From Pecten maximus (lineage: Eukaryota), in NCBI RefSeq assembly GCF_902652985.1, contig NC_047022.1:5022001-5086000 (forward strand): a stretch of 64,000 bases of DNA, read 5' to 3'. The notes under the pieces were generated by a model. That model was given only the letters and a program-made list of their open reading frames with translations. It was not told where the DNA came from and searched no databases. Each line of letters opens with the position of its first letter. Position 1 is the stretch's first letter. Below, one piece after another: positions 53,026-64,000 of this stretch. The translations under genes were made by a program, and so were the position numbers.

Positions 53026-53385
53026 TCAATCCTCTCTACATTCTGATATACAATCCAGCATCGACTCTTTATACAGTCCAAAAATGGCTTCTACTTTACA
53101 GTAGCATCGATGCCCCTTCAGCCTTCTCATATGGGAACGAACTCTCTCATATCTTACTTCTACTATACTATCGATAAAGAATCGAGTTTCGTTTCTTAAT
53201 TCGGGATAACGTCTCCTTATAGCTGCGGCGATTCTACGAAATATGACGGATCTACAGATGTCGACCTCGTGACAACCAAATAAAATACAGATAAAACATA
53301 ACTTTGTAGCAGAGTAATATTTATCTCTTAATATCACATCCCTGTTTGAATCTATGACAGATTTAGCGAGACCTTTTTGATACAT
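53026..53385 (-). CDS. Orphan 119-aa Cys/Arg-rich ORF, probably an element-encoded accessory gene
   Basis: ATG-started, uninterrupted, GC-richer than flanks. Contains CFIC...GCH and HRCYC motifs, convergent with polB. Confidence 0.55.
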   Translation of the reverse strand: MYQKGLAKSVIDSNRDVILRDKYYSATKLCFICILFGCHEVDICRSVIFRRIAAAIRRRYPELRNETRFFIDSIVEVRYERVRSHMRRLKGHRCYCKVEAIFGLYKESMLDCISECRED

Positions 53386-53997
53386 ATTTAATATTTGAAG
53401 GCTGTCGAGACGTCGGTTTTACTGTAAATTTGACCAGTTTTTGATCTCGTGTGAACATAGGTGATGTGAATTTCAATAAAAATTTGTATTTTTGAAATTA
53501 TGCGTTGGGTTATCTCCCATTAACGTTAGTTTGCAAAAATGACTAAACGCACAGATATGATTATGTAAGCTTTTTCGTCCACAAACATTCACATTCAGGA
53601 TTTTGATAGCGGTAATTTGATTGGCTGATGCGAAAGGTCACCCCTTATGGGATGTTGTCAGATCCTATGTATGCGGAGAGTAATGGAGCGACAATGGATG
53701 TGCATATCAATGAGATTGGAGAAGATGTCATCTGAATTATTGAAATCAAGGTAAGTTTTGTACAACAGTTTTAGTGTTAATTTGAATTTTAGATTGGGCT
53801 TTTTCACTTGTTAACTTGTTTCATATGTATATTCATTCTTAGAAATGTTTTTATTTACTTTTGGAAATTCTTGGAGGCATTCTTTTTGTTCTTATTTTAA
53901 ACGCTCTGCTTTATTACTGTGTAACTAGATAATGGTCCAGGCAATTTTTTCTTGGAATACTGATTTACAGTAAGTGGTAATATAAATTCAAAAACTG

Positions 53998-54222
53998 ATG
54001 ATAGTTGAAATTTATATACCAAACCCTGCAAAGTTAAGGTTAGCCTTTTCCATGCTTCTGCATCAAAATATTCATTGTGAAGTTTTTACATCATGGCAAG
54101 ATGGAAGGCCTACATTTGGATTTAAAACACCATCTCTTGAAGTTGCCGTGGAGATAACCAGTTTGTTTCTTTCATGTGGGATAGTATTCGAGTGTGAGTA
54201 TACTACAAAAACACAAATATGA
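53998..54222 (+). CDS. Orphan 74-aa ORF
   Basis: ATG-started, alternating beta/alpha-like globular composition (MIVEIYIPNPAKLRLAFSMLLHQNIHCEVF...). No recognisable family. Confidence 0.4.
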   Translation: MIVEIYIPNPAKLRLAFSMLLHQNIHCEVFTSWQDGRPTFGFKTPSLEVAVEITSLFLSCGIVFECEYTTKTQI

Positions 54223-57200
54223 CAGACAAGACACAATTACAAGCATGTATATACACTGTATATATAATCAAAGACGCGTAAAAAGACAAACAAGCCTATG
54301 AACAAAGAGACACACAACAAAGCATGCTTGGCATTTAGACACTCATGTATGGACAATCATACCAGATTATCTCCATAACATGATTTTTGTATTGCCTGCG
54401 ACGAAAGGTCGCAATAGCAAGACTATGGTGCTCGTTTTCAGCCAGCGGTATCATCATTTCACTTTTAAAAGTTTAGCATTTAGATCCGTTGCTCAAAAAG
54501 CAAACTCCAACTTAAACCAAACTTGGTATATATAATTATATATACTTATATCAAATAGTAGACACCTAAACACAACCATCATTTACAAGATATCTACCAG
54601 ATTTTACTGTCCAGGGACTCTGAAAATTAGGGATGCTGGTAAACTGCATGAACTTTAAAGTTTTGCATTTAGTTCCAATTGTACATGAAATATTAGTGCT
54701 ATTCCAAACAAAAGTGGAATAGTGTTACATTTTAGTTTGGACATCTGAACCCACCAAGTAGATTACACACATTTGATTGGTTTGATGTATTTTTGAGGTA
54801 ATTCTCTGTGGCTTGTTCCATACACTTATGAGTACTGTAAAACATCAGAAGATTTTTTCTTTTCTCCTTTTAAAGAATTATGATTTTCTTCAAAATCTCA
54901 TTATCATTAGTATTTACCTTAAAATATCTTTAATATTTTGAATAATTATATATTCTTTAGCCATTGTAATTATTATTTTCCACAAAATGTCACCATCAAT
55001 CATAACTGTATTAAATTTTCGTTAAAATATATTATGATTTTCTTCAAAATCTCATCATTAATATTTGTTTTAATTACTCATTGTAATTATTATTAATGAG
55101 TTTATTTGAAGGTGGTGTAAGTAGGATGTCGTAATGGTTACTATATATGTTTTGTCAAGTTTTTCTCAGTGAGAAAAATGTATCTATTTCCAATTGTAGG
55201 AATAGCAGTTCTGATCTTCAAAAGCTGGAGCCGACGGCAGCAAGGACGATACATCTAACGAGTCCGAGAAGATTTGGATATCTGTAAGTATTGGACTTAA
55301 AAGGTTATATGAAATTAAATCATTTATGATTTTGTACAATTTCTATTATGAAATTTTTGTGAGTTGTCTCCCTTAGACCAATGACAAAATATCTTGTGTT
55401 GCCTTTAACAAGTATTTTTTTTCCTATTCACAGTTACAATTGGAGATGATGAAGATATGTTAAATTAGATTTGAATCAGGTGGAAATCCAAAAGATAATT
55501 GGTTACATTCTTTATAACATGTGGGCTAACTGTGTCCAGTTTCAAGGACTATTTCTCTAGTAATGTCTATATTTTAAAATTGTAGAGGAAATACAGATGG
55601 AGGAGTGGAGATCGGGTATGTTAGAATTCCACTCTTCATGTTAATTATAGGTTTGATGCTACCTTTATCACCAAACAGGGAGACTAACGTTTTTGTTGTC
55701 AATACTTTCTGTGTGTTATTTATTTTTTGTGATGATTTAAATAGCTGCTGTTGTTTAAATTGTAGGCCCCAGAGAACTTGTGGCCTCCCTCTCCACTTCC
55801 ACAACCTCGAACAGGTCATCAGGTAAGTATGTATCTTGTTTATATTTGCATATGTTGAAATGGAATCGTTGCTTCACTTGGTAGTATATATCCAATACAA
55901 TGCAAAAAGTTTCTAAAAAAAATCTTTTAAATTGTAGTTGAGGTGGAAAAGGAGGGCATGACTACTACCTACGCAGCCAGAATTGAACTAATTAAATGTT
56001 TTGAATTTAATTTTTATATTTTTTTTTTACAAATCATTACTCAGGTGAATGTTTTTCAGTTTTTTTTTGTAACGTGTCTTTCAATGTGAAAATTAATTAT
56101 ATATTTTTTTATACATTGAATTAATACTCGGTGTGTTTTTGTTTTGTTTGTCTGTAACTGTGATAATGATTTTCTTAAAGTGTTAAAAATATTTTCTTGT
56201 GATTCTGCAAATTTGTTACATATTTATATTGTAGTAATTCGTTTTTTCCCCATGTTTAACTAGATATTTCTGTGATTTTACCAATGTTTACATGATTATA
56301 CCAATGTTTAATTTATACATTTTTATTTTTGTAATTAATTATATTTATGTATGTCCATTTACGGTGATGTGCAAAATAAATGTTTTGATTCGAAATCAAT
56401 CGTTTTTATTATTCTTAATTAGTTTACTTATACGTTTCAGAAATTCCACCCCTTTTACAAACATTCAAACACATATATGTTGCTTTCGGATGAATCGTGA
56501 CCGTGTTAATGTGGTATACAAAAGTTAACCGTGTGGTCTGGTTCACGCTCTTGTGGAAATGGTTTACGCCGTTGATCTCGTTACTAGTTTTACGGTGTAT
56601 TATTTGATCGTTACTTGACAATTTTCCTGAAGGATTCAGTCGTCATCTTCTAACGTGTTGACATTTGCTCTCTCTAATATCACTTTCACTTATGTGTCTA
56701 CTTTGCTCAGTCAGATAGCAGCTTTTTCTAAAGGAATGATTCAATACTTTGCTCTTTCAGATAACTATTTCATAAAAAGACTTTCATCATTGTATACATC
56801 AATGATACATTTAAGTTTTTTAATTACCATGACTTTATCGTTGAAAGCATATTCGTTGATTTTATAGCTCATTTCAATATATTGATCGATGAATTATTCG
56901 AAATGGTTGACATCACTATTAGATTTTTCTTAACATTTCGATGTCACATTTCTTCTATCGTTAAAAAATAAAGTACGGACACTTCTCTAATATCCTCCAT
57001 TTATTCTTACAACAGTCTTTTAATAATCATATCGAGACTATCTGTGTCTTCATTAATACCAAATATATAAGGCTGGTACAATTTTCATATATATATAGAT
57101 CAATTTTTGGATTGAATTCATAACTAGGGCTCGACTCGTAAATAAAAATTATCCTGTGGGTAAAGAAACTGTTGTTATTTCTTATATGTGTCTTCTATTG

Positions 57201-57325
57201 TACTGTTGGGATAATTTTGTGGGGATGTGATTTGGATAGCATCACATAGTAATCAATTTGCTTTGGTTTAATATTGTTTTACGTCATATTAACAGCTTAG
57301 GTATCCTAACATCTCGCATTACTGT

Positions 57326-57425
57326 NNNNNNNNNNNNNNNNNNNNNNNNNNNNNNNNNNNNNNNNNNNNNNNNNNNNNNNNNNNNNNNNNNNNNNNNNNN
57401 NNNNNNNNNNNNNNNNNNNNNNNNN
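57326..57425. other. Assembly gap (100 N)
   Basis: Run of exactly 100 n. Confidence 1.
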
Positions 57426-57479
57426 TGTAAAGATGCATGTCATATTTTTTTTTTTTTTATCTTTTAAAATTTAACTAAT

Positions 57480-58720
57480 TTTAAGCTATTCAGAAGGTAT
57501 AAGATGGAAAATTATTTGACAAAATCAAAGACTGAAACAGTTACCAGGCTTTAACTATCACAATTTAAGAAAATACAGTGTAGTTGACCTCAAAATTTCA
57601 TAAATTAGTAAATTTTCAAATATATCTCTAAGTTGCTTTATTATAAATTCCATATCAAGTTAACATAGTTCAACCTCTTGTTTACATGTGACAAAAAAAC
57701 TGTGTGCGAGAAACCTATTCTGACAAAATTTTACTAAAATTATGTCAATTGTTATATCACAACTAAAAAAATTAGGCTGTGGAACTATGTTTTTTTCATC
57801 TTTTTAATTTAAATCAATATCAGCATAATAAAAAAAGGTATTGTTGAAAATTACTCGTCAAATTGAAAGAATTGCCAATATTTTATTATCATTCTATCAG
57901 AAGGTTTTTCTTCAAAATGTCATGTATATGCAACAGGTAGAAATAAGTAAATTTTCAAATATGACTTTACCTAAAATACTTTATCAACATTTGTTTACAT
58001 AAACTTGTTCTTACAAAATTATGAAGTACTAAAATAATGTCAATTATGAATTGATACATTTTATCGCATTTAATGACATTGCGAAAAACCTGTTATAACA
58101 AAATTATACTAAAACAACTAAATTATTGTGTCACATTAAGTAATTCATTCAGTAATTTTTGTTTCAAAACCATGTTATAAAGGTAACAGTTTGTTTTGAT
58201 ACTTTGATTTTAAAATAATTTCACACTCAATACAAAAGGCCTTATAGAGAATAACCAGACAAAGTGAAAGAATTAATAGGATTTACCTTAAAATCATTAG
58301 ATTATAAAATAATCCCCTTGGAAATGTCATCTGCGTATAGGTAAAAATAAGTAAATTTTGAAATATCTTTGCCTCAAATGACATACTAACTGTACCATAT
58401 TTGTTTAAACCTTTCGCTTACATATATCGAAGAAAAGAATGTGCAAGAAACAAATTCTTTCAAATTTAAAGTTTAACCTGAAATAAAAGATAAATTGAAC
58501 TAATATATATTTATGTCTCATTAAGTCAACTTTGTAGGTATTGTACATGTAGTTGGGGAACCATATATAGTATGATTTTTATTACTTTTGTATTTAGATT
58601 GATTTTAACTTACTACAAAAGGTTCAATAGATCTTATTTGACAAAATCAAAGAATTAAATAACAGGATTTAATTATCAAATTTTACAAAATAGTCTTCGA
58701 ACTGCTATCTGCACACAGGT
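57480..58720. repeat. Highly diverged ~340-400-bp tandem repeats (3-4 units)
   Basis: Recurring agtaaattttcaaata (~57607, 57947, 58350) and gacaaaatcaaaga-like (~57518, 57857, 58258, 58640) motifs. Confidence 0.55.
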
Positions 58721-60189
58721 AGAATGCACAGGGACCTGTGTAAACAGTTTGCAGTGTATTTCTGTTTTAAGGCCCACACTGCCACGGACAAAATATTTAC
58801 ATCAGGAGGCGCATTTTACTTTACAGGCCCCTGACCGCAATCAATTTGCATTTAATTAATTATAATCTTTTACAATTGTAACTTTTTCATACTGCAGAAA
58901 CAAGAAAAATAAAGTGATCGAACGCCTCAAACAGTAGTAAATTTTCCTACATTTTTTACTTAATATTTTGCAACTTAGCCTAAAATCTGGTTTTAATATC
59001 ATATTGTAGAACTATTCTCTCAATTTCAAGCTATTCAAATATTGAGAAAACAATATCTTCCACATTTTTCAATTCTTTGTTACAGTAATTTGTAACATTG
59101 AGATAGCGTATGCAAGAAATATTGAAAAAAGTTTGCACAGTTATCCCGTAGATGTTTACTTATAGAGAAGGGAAGGTGAAAATCAGCCTGGTCTATGCTG
59201 TCATGGTTGTCCTTGGACACAACACATTTAAGTACTTTCGTTACTGTTGATGGTATGAGACGGGCCGCCAATGTGTTGTTCAGTGGGGTATTCACAAACT
59301 ACTACAAAGAGACCAACCTCTAAATAAAAGGGTGATTATCACAGGAATCATAGAAAATAAACATGTAAGAGCAAGATATTTATTTCCGGTGCTGTCGTGG
59401 TTGTGTTCTGGATGCCGGCATACGACAGCCCACCTGCATGTTGTTCAGTTATGTAGTCACAAACTACTACAATGAGAACCAGCCTCAAACTAAGAGATGC
59501 CAGTTATTTTTCAGAAACCGGGCAAACTGCTTTCTAATAATAGGCTTGAAAAAAGTTATTAAAAAGAAAAACATGATTTATTATCCTTGATTAGCTTCAT
59601 TTGAATAAAGTACTGTTCAGATTGACTTAAAACAATTTAAAACCTGCTAATTACCTATATTTCACCAGAGAAAGATAAAGGGAGATAACTTCCTCATCTG
59701 GTCATGATGTTTTAAAATGAATTATAAATTATAATGTAGCAATTATTGATATTTCCCTTTCTACTCATGAACGATCAATAATTGATCATTAATTGTTTAA
59801 GAAATGATGATGATCGATCGATCAAGAACTTTATATCGATTCCAAACACAACTTATAAGAAGTTGCAAAATTTTCAAATAAAAAAAAATATAGATATTTC
59901 CTTATTTGCTTGACATGGACCACTAACACAGACACTGATCATGACTTTGAATAACAGGGAAATTCTCGAAATGCCATTGTATTGAAATAGCTTAAGCAAA
60001 AATCCAAACCATTTTCCTTCTCTTTTTGTATTTTGGCTCCACTGGGCAATAAAAAGAAATGGGATTTTCCTCACGCAAGCATGAATTGATGATTTTTTCC
60101 TCGAAGATTGAAATTGGGTTGAGTAAATTCCCATAAAAATCCTGAAGATTTACATCTGAACAAGTTATCCCCTCTATCTTGAGGAAATT

Positions 60190-61060
60190 GGTCCAAATTT
60201 AGATTTTGTATGATTGCAATGAAATTTGGTATGTAGGTACATCATGGGCCATCGGTTACTTTCGTAACCTCACTTTAACTTTTATTTAAACAAAGTGGCC
60301 ATCATTTCCTGGCTTTTGATTGTTCCTAATTAAGATATTGTCTGATTTTTCAGTCACTTTTAACAAAATGGTTGCTATTTTCTGGTCTCTGATTGGTCCA
60401 AATTAAGAGATTGTCTGATTTTAATGACTTTTTGTTTGTAAGTCCATCACCTGACACCGGCAACTCTCGTAATCTCACCTTCACATTATAACAAAATGGC
60501 CGCCAATTACTGGCCTCTGATTGGTCCAAATTAAAATATTGTCAGATTGTAATGACATTCCATGCCTACATGTACATCATGTACACAAGTCCCTCTCGTA
60601 ACCTCAATTTCATGGTTTTAACAAAATGGCCGCCATCAACTTAGCTCTGGTTGGTTCAGATTTATATATTGTCCAATATTAATGAAATTCGATATGTAGG
60701 TACATGATGGGACAGCGGTCACTCTTGTAACTTCACTTTCACATGTAAACAAAATAGCGTCATTTCCTGACCTCTGATTGGTCTGGATTTAGATATCGTC
60801 CAAATTTGATATGCAAGTACAGCAAGGGACAACAGTTCCTGTCGTAGCCTCACTTTCATGCTTCAAACAAAATGGCAGCCAATTTCTTGCTTTCTGATTT
60901 GTCCAAATTTAGATATATATAGTTTTATTTCCATAAAATTTGGTAAAAGGAGGCATTAGGGGACTGCAAGTTCAACTTTAAGGGCATTATTTTTGTCTTA
61001 GGAACCATGCACACAGTCATTTTATTGGTCGAAACTTAGATTTTGGGCGGTTTTGATGAA
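60190..61060 (+). repeat. Diverged array of the same 128-bp repeat as 22450-23435, opposite orientation
   Basis: aacaaaatggccgccaattactggcctctgattggtc is the reverse complement of gaccaatcagaggccagtaaatggcggccattttgtt. Confidence 0.85.
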
Positions 61061-61148
61061 AACTGCTGAAACAGAGTTATCGCCCCTCACTACACTTCAT
61101 TCTTTCTGTGACATCCTTCATGTGTCACCACACTAGTAACAGCAGTGT

Positions 61149-63720
61149 GAGGCCGCGGTGGCAGAGTGGTTAAGGTGTCCCGACATTAGGTATTCACCAC
61201 GGATACTCAATAGATGATGATAAAATCTGGAGAGAAAAAATACTCAAACTGCCTGCAGGTATGGAAAACTAGAAATCTTACAATTAAGGGGAAAATTTTA
61301 ATTATCAAATCATTAATCATATACTCATTTGGATATGAATTAGAAGCACGGGGCATTCCTGAAAAATATCTAAACGAAATTAACAAGCTGATTTGGAATT
61401 ATATATGGGATGGAAAAACTCATCAACTAGAAAGGAAACTATGCTGCCGTAATACAGATAATGGAGGTATGGGGATGGTAGATATAGAGAATTTCCTTCA
61501 ATATCAGCAAATAAAAACTTTTCATAAAATAGTAAACACAAAAATGGAAAACTGGAACTCCATAGGTAATTTTTTTCTTTCTAAATTAGACACCAAGTAT
61601 GCAATTAAAAAATGTCATTGTTCTTGTTCGGATCTGAATGGTATAGACATTAATAGATATCTTCCCAAATTCTACTCTAGTAGCTTAAAAGCATGGTCAA
61701 AGTTTCTTGCCCAAAAACAAATTCATGAAAAGAATGGTGTACTAAACCAATTCCTTTTTGGAAATACCCATATTCAGTTTCAAAGCAAACCACTATTAAT
61801 ACAGTCTTTCTTGAAAAGCAGTATATGTAAAATATCTGATATCTGGGATGAAGAAAAACAGGATTTCTTAACAAATCAACAAATATTTCAAAATATTAAA
61901 TATAAACGAAACTGGATAGCAGAAATATATAAAATAAGAAAATCTATTCCTCAGAATTTTATCAGAATACTGAGAGGCATTCAGGTATTGGACAACCAAC
62001 TCTCCAATTAGACCAGACATGTATATACAAATTGTTAATGGAAAATTAAAATGTGCTCGACTATAAAAAACAAAATAAAAATTCTGAAGACAAAAGACAT
62101 TAAAATGAATATGCTGCAACAACTATTGGGTACAAATACAAGACAGAAATCTGAAACAAAATGGGGAAAAGATTTACAAAAGAGTTTTAATTGGGGAAGT
62201 ATATGGACCAACTGTAGAGGCGACTTAACCGCCACAGATAACAAAATAAAAGAGTTCAACTGGAAATGTGTACACAGAATAATATATACAGAGTACAAAC
62301 TTAGTCTCATGGATAGATCTAATGGCATCTGCCATATGTGTAATAACCAGATAGAAACTCAAAGTCATTTATTTTATCATTGCACTTTCGCCAAACAATT
62401 ATTTCAGTTATTGCAAAATAATATATTGACAATATTACCTGATATAGAACTTAATGAAGTAAATATTTTAATAGGCGAATCAGAAACGGGGAATACTCAA
62501 CTTACAAATACTTTAGCCTTTACAACAAAATGGGTCATATGGAAAGTCAGAAATATTATGAAATATCAAAATAAGAGAATAACTCCAATGTCTGCTTTTC
62601 TTGATAATCTTCAATTATTCCTTAAGGTCAACAATAGAAAAGTAAACAAATCAACACTTTTAATTAATCTTTTGAGCAAATACAGTTTACTAAGAAATAA
62701 TTTGGTTGTGTAGTAGAGCTAGTAGATGGTAGATCTACTATACATGTATGTGTTTTAACAAACTTTATTATATGTGCTTTGTGTATTACTACTAGATTTA
62801 CTGTATTGTAATCGGCCTTATTAATTTTGTAAACAATATAAATAAATATACTAACGTATATGTAGGCCTATATTGTCATGGACATACGATTAGACGACAC
62901 GGGCTTGTCTGGTCTTGGTGGTATGTCTAGCTATTTAGGCTAGGCATGCCGCTAAAGAGAGACGGGTCCCTGTGGTATGATCGTATGCACCAAACGGGCA
63001 AGTGTGTGTTTATAGGAATGTAGAGAATACCTGTGCGAAAGTCGATTCTGTGAGTGTGGTCTGTTATCCTATCTGTTGTTCGTTTTTCTTTTCTTTTCAA
63101 CAGCTTTATTCAGTACATTCACTACATCGTAAATTCACCGTTATATGTCAAACTGCAAACTTCCTACTAACGCAGATTAAAATCCTTCAAACACTTTTTT
63201 GACTCGGAATAATACTTACAATCTTATAGAGAAAACAAATACCCGGAAATATTTTTATTTATATTTCTGGTAAAATATAATTAATGTTGAAGAAAATAAT
63301 AACAAATATAACGATGTGTAAGTGTGTTATGATACTGTATGGCGAATGAGTCTCCTCCAGCGTGTGGACAATTTTTTGTCAAATGTCTTTTTTTTAATAA
63401 AACTTGTTTGAACCTTAAAAAAATGTTATACCATTGAATTATATATCATTCATAGACACTTGACAATTGATTTTTATTTTGACAACAATGTATATTTCTT
63501 TTTGTAACTCTTCAATTTGGAGGAAATAAAGAAATAATAATGTAAAAAAAGGTGTTACGACACTTTAACACTGGCCCTCCACCTCTGGGGTGCGCGTTCA
63601 AAACCTAGGTGGGGCAGCCGGTGGTTTTTCTCTGGGTACCGATTTCCTCCACCTCCAAAACCTGGCACGTCCTTAAATGACCATGGCTTTTAATAGGAAG
63701 TTAAACAAAAACAAACCAAA
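61149..63720 (+). mobile_element. tRNA-derived SINE split by a LINE insertion (61149-61185 + 63549-63720)
   Basis: Head ends ...taaggtgtcccgaca and resumes aaggtgttacgacactttaacactggccc... after the LINE. Confidence 0.9.
61186..63548 (+). mobile_element. 5'-truncated L1/Tx1-clade LINE (ORF2 C-terminal part + 3' UTR + A-rich tail), 14-bp TSD
   Basis: WKTRNLTIKGKILIIKSLI...IWDGK...NGGMGMVD (post-RT) and FNWKCVHRII...CHMCNNQIETQSHLFYHC (zf-RVT), with one frameshift near 62010-62050. TSD aaggtgtcccgaca (61172-85) / aaggtgttacgaca (63549-62). Confidence 0.92.
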
Positions 63721-64000
63721 TACCAACATTGCAGAACAACGACGCTGTAAAAATTATTTGACACACCTATATCAACAGATTGAGGACTACAACAATTCAT
63801 AAAAATGAAATCCAACATCAACATTCTTATCTACATCACTAAAAGGCAAAAATGAAATTTAAAAAAAAAATACTTCAAATGCTGCCAAAATGACAAAGCA
63901 AGAATTCAGCTGATCATATTCAAATGTTTGATATATGATGCGATGTATTTTTTTTTTTTTTTTTATGTTTTTTTTTTTTAGATATTTATTTATTGTATTT

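Larger units (their letters stand above)
47155..57325 (+). mobile_element. Decayed Polinton/Maverick-like endogenous viral element, incomplete
   Basis: Contains a pPolB pseudogene plus compact flanking ORFs. No TIRs, TSD, capsid, ATPase or integrase were recognised. The right boundary is unknown (gap at 57326). Confidence 0.7.

Overview
AT-rich, repeat-dense animal genomic DNA. It is probably a bivalve mollusc, inferred from the tRNA/V-domain-type SINEs, the HINE-like elements and the gene types. Two apparently intact host genes can be reconstructed by hand. One is a 6-exon + strand gene (12098-20713) for a ~264-aa secreted PAN-like/EGF-like/C-type lectin with QPN/WND motifs. The other is a 2-exon - strand gene (40306-37027) for an ~821-aa somatomedin-B-like/Cys-rich class B-type 7TM receptor, followed by a deleted tandem pseudo-copy. 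The largest foreign element is a decayed Polinton/Maverick-like virus segment (~47.1-57.3 kb, cut by a 100-N gap). Its protein-primed polymerase B is fused behind three C2H2 zinc fingers and a Pro/Ser/Gly minisatellite linker and carries vOTU-like and endonuclease-VII-like motifs. It is followed by orphan ORFs and splice-signal-bounded microexons. There are two kb-scale inverted repeats (2.5-7.7 kb and 44.2-47.1 kb) and several nested insertions, including a MITE in a mariner relic, HINE-in-HINE-in-LINE, and an L1/Tx1-like LINE in a tRNA-derived SINE head. Many minisatellites are also present. All identities quoted are eyeball estimates, and no database search was run.
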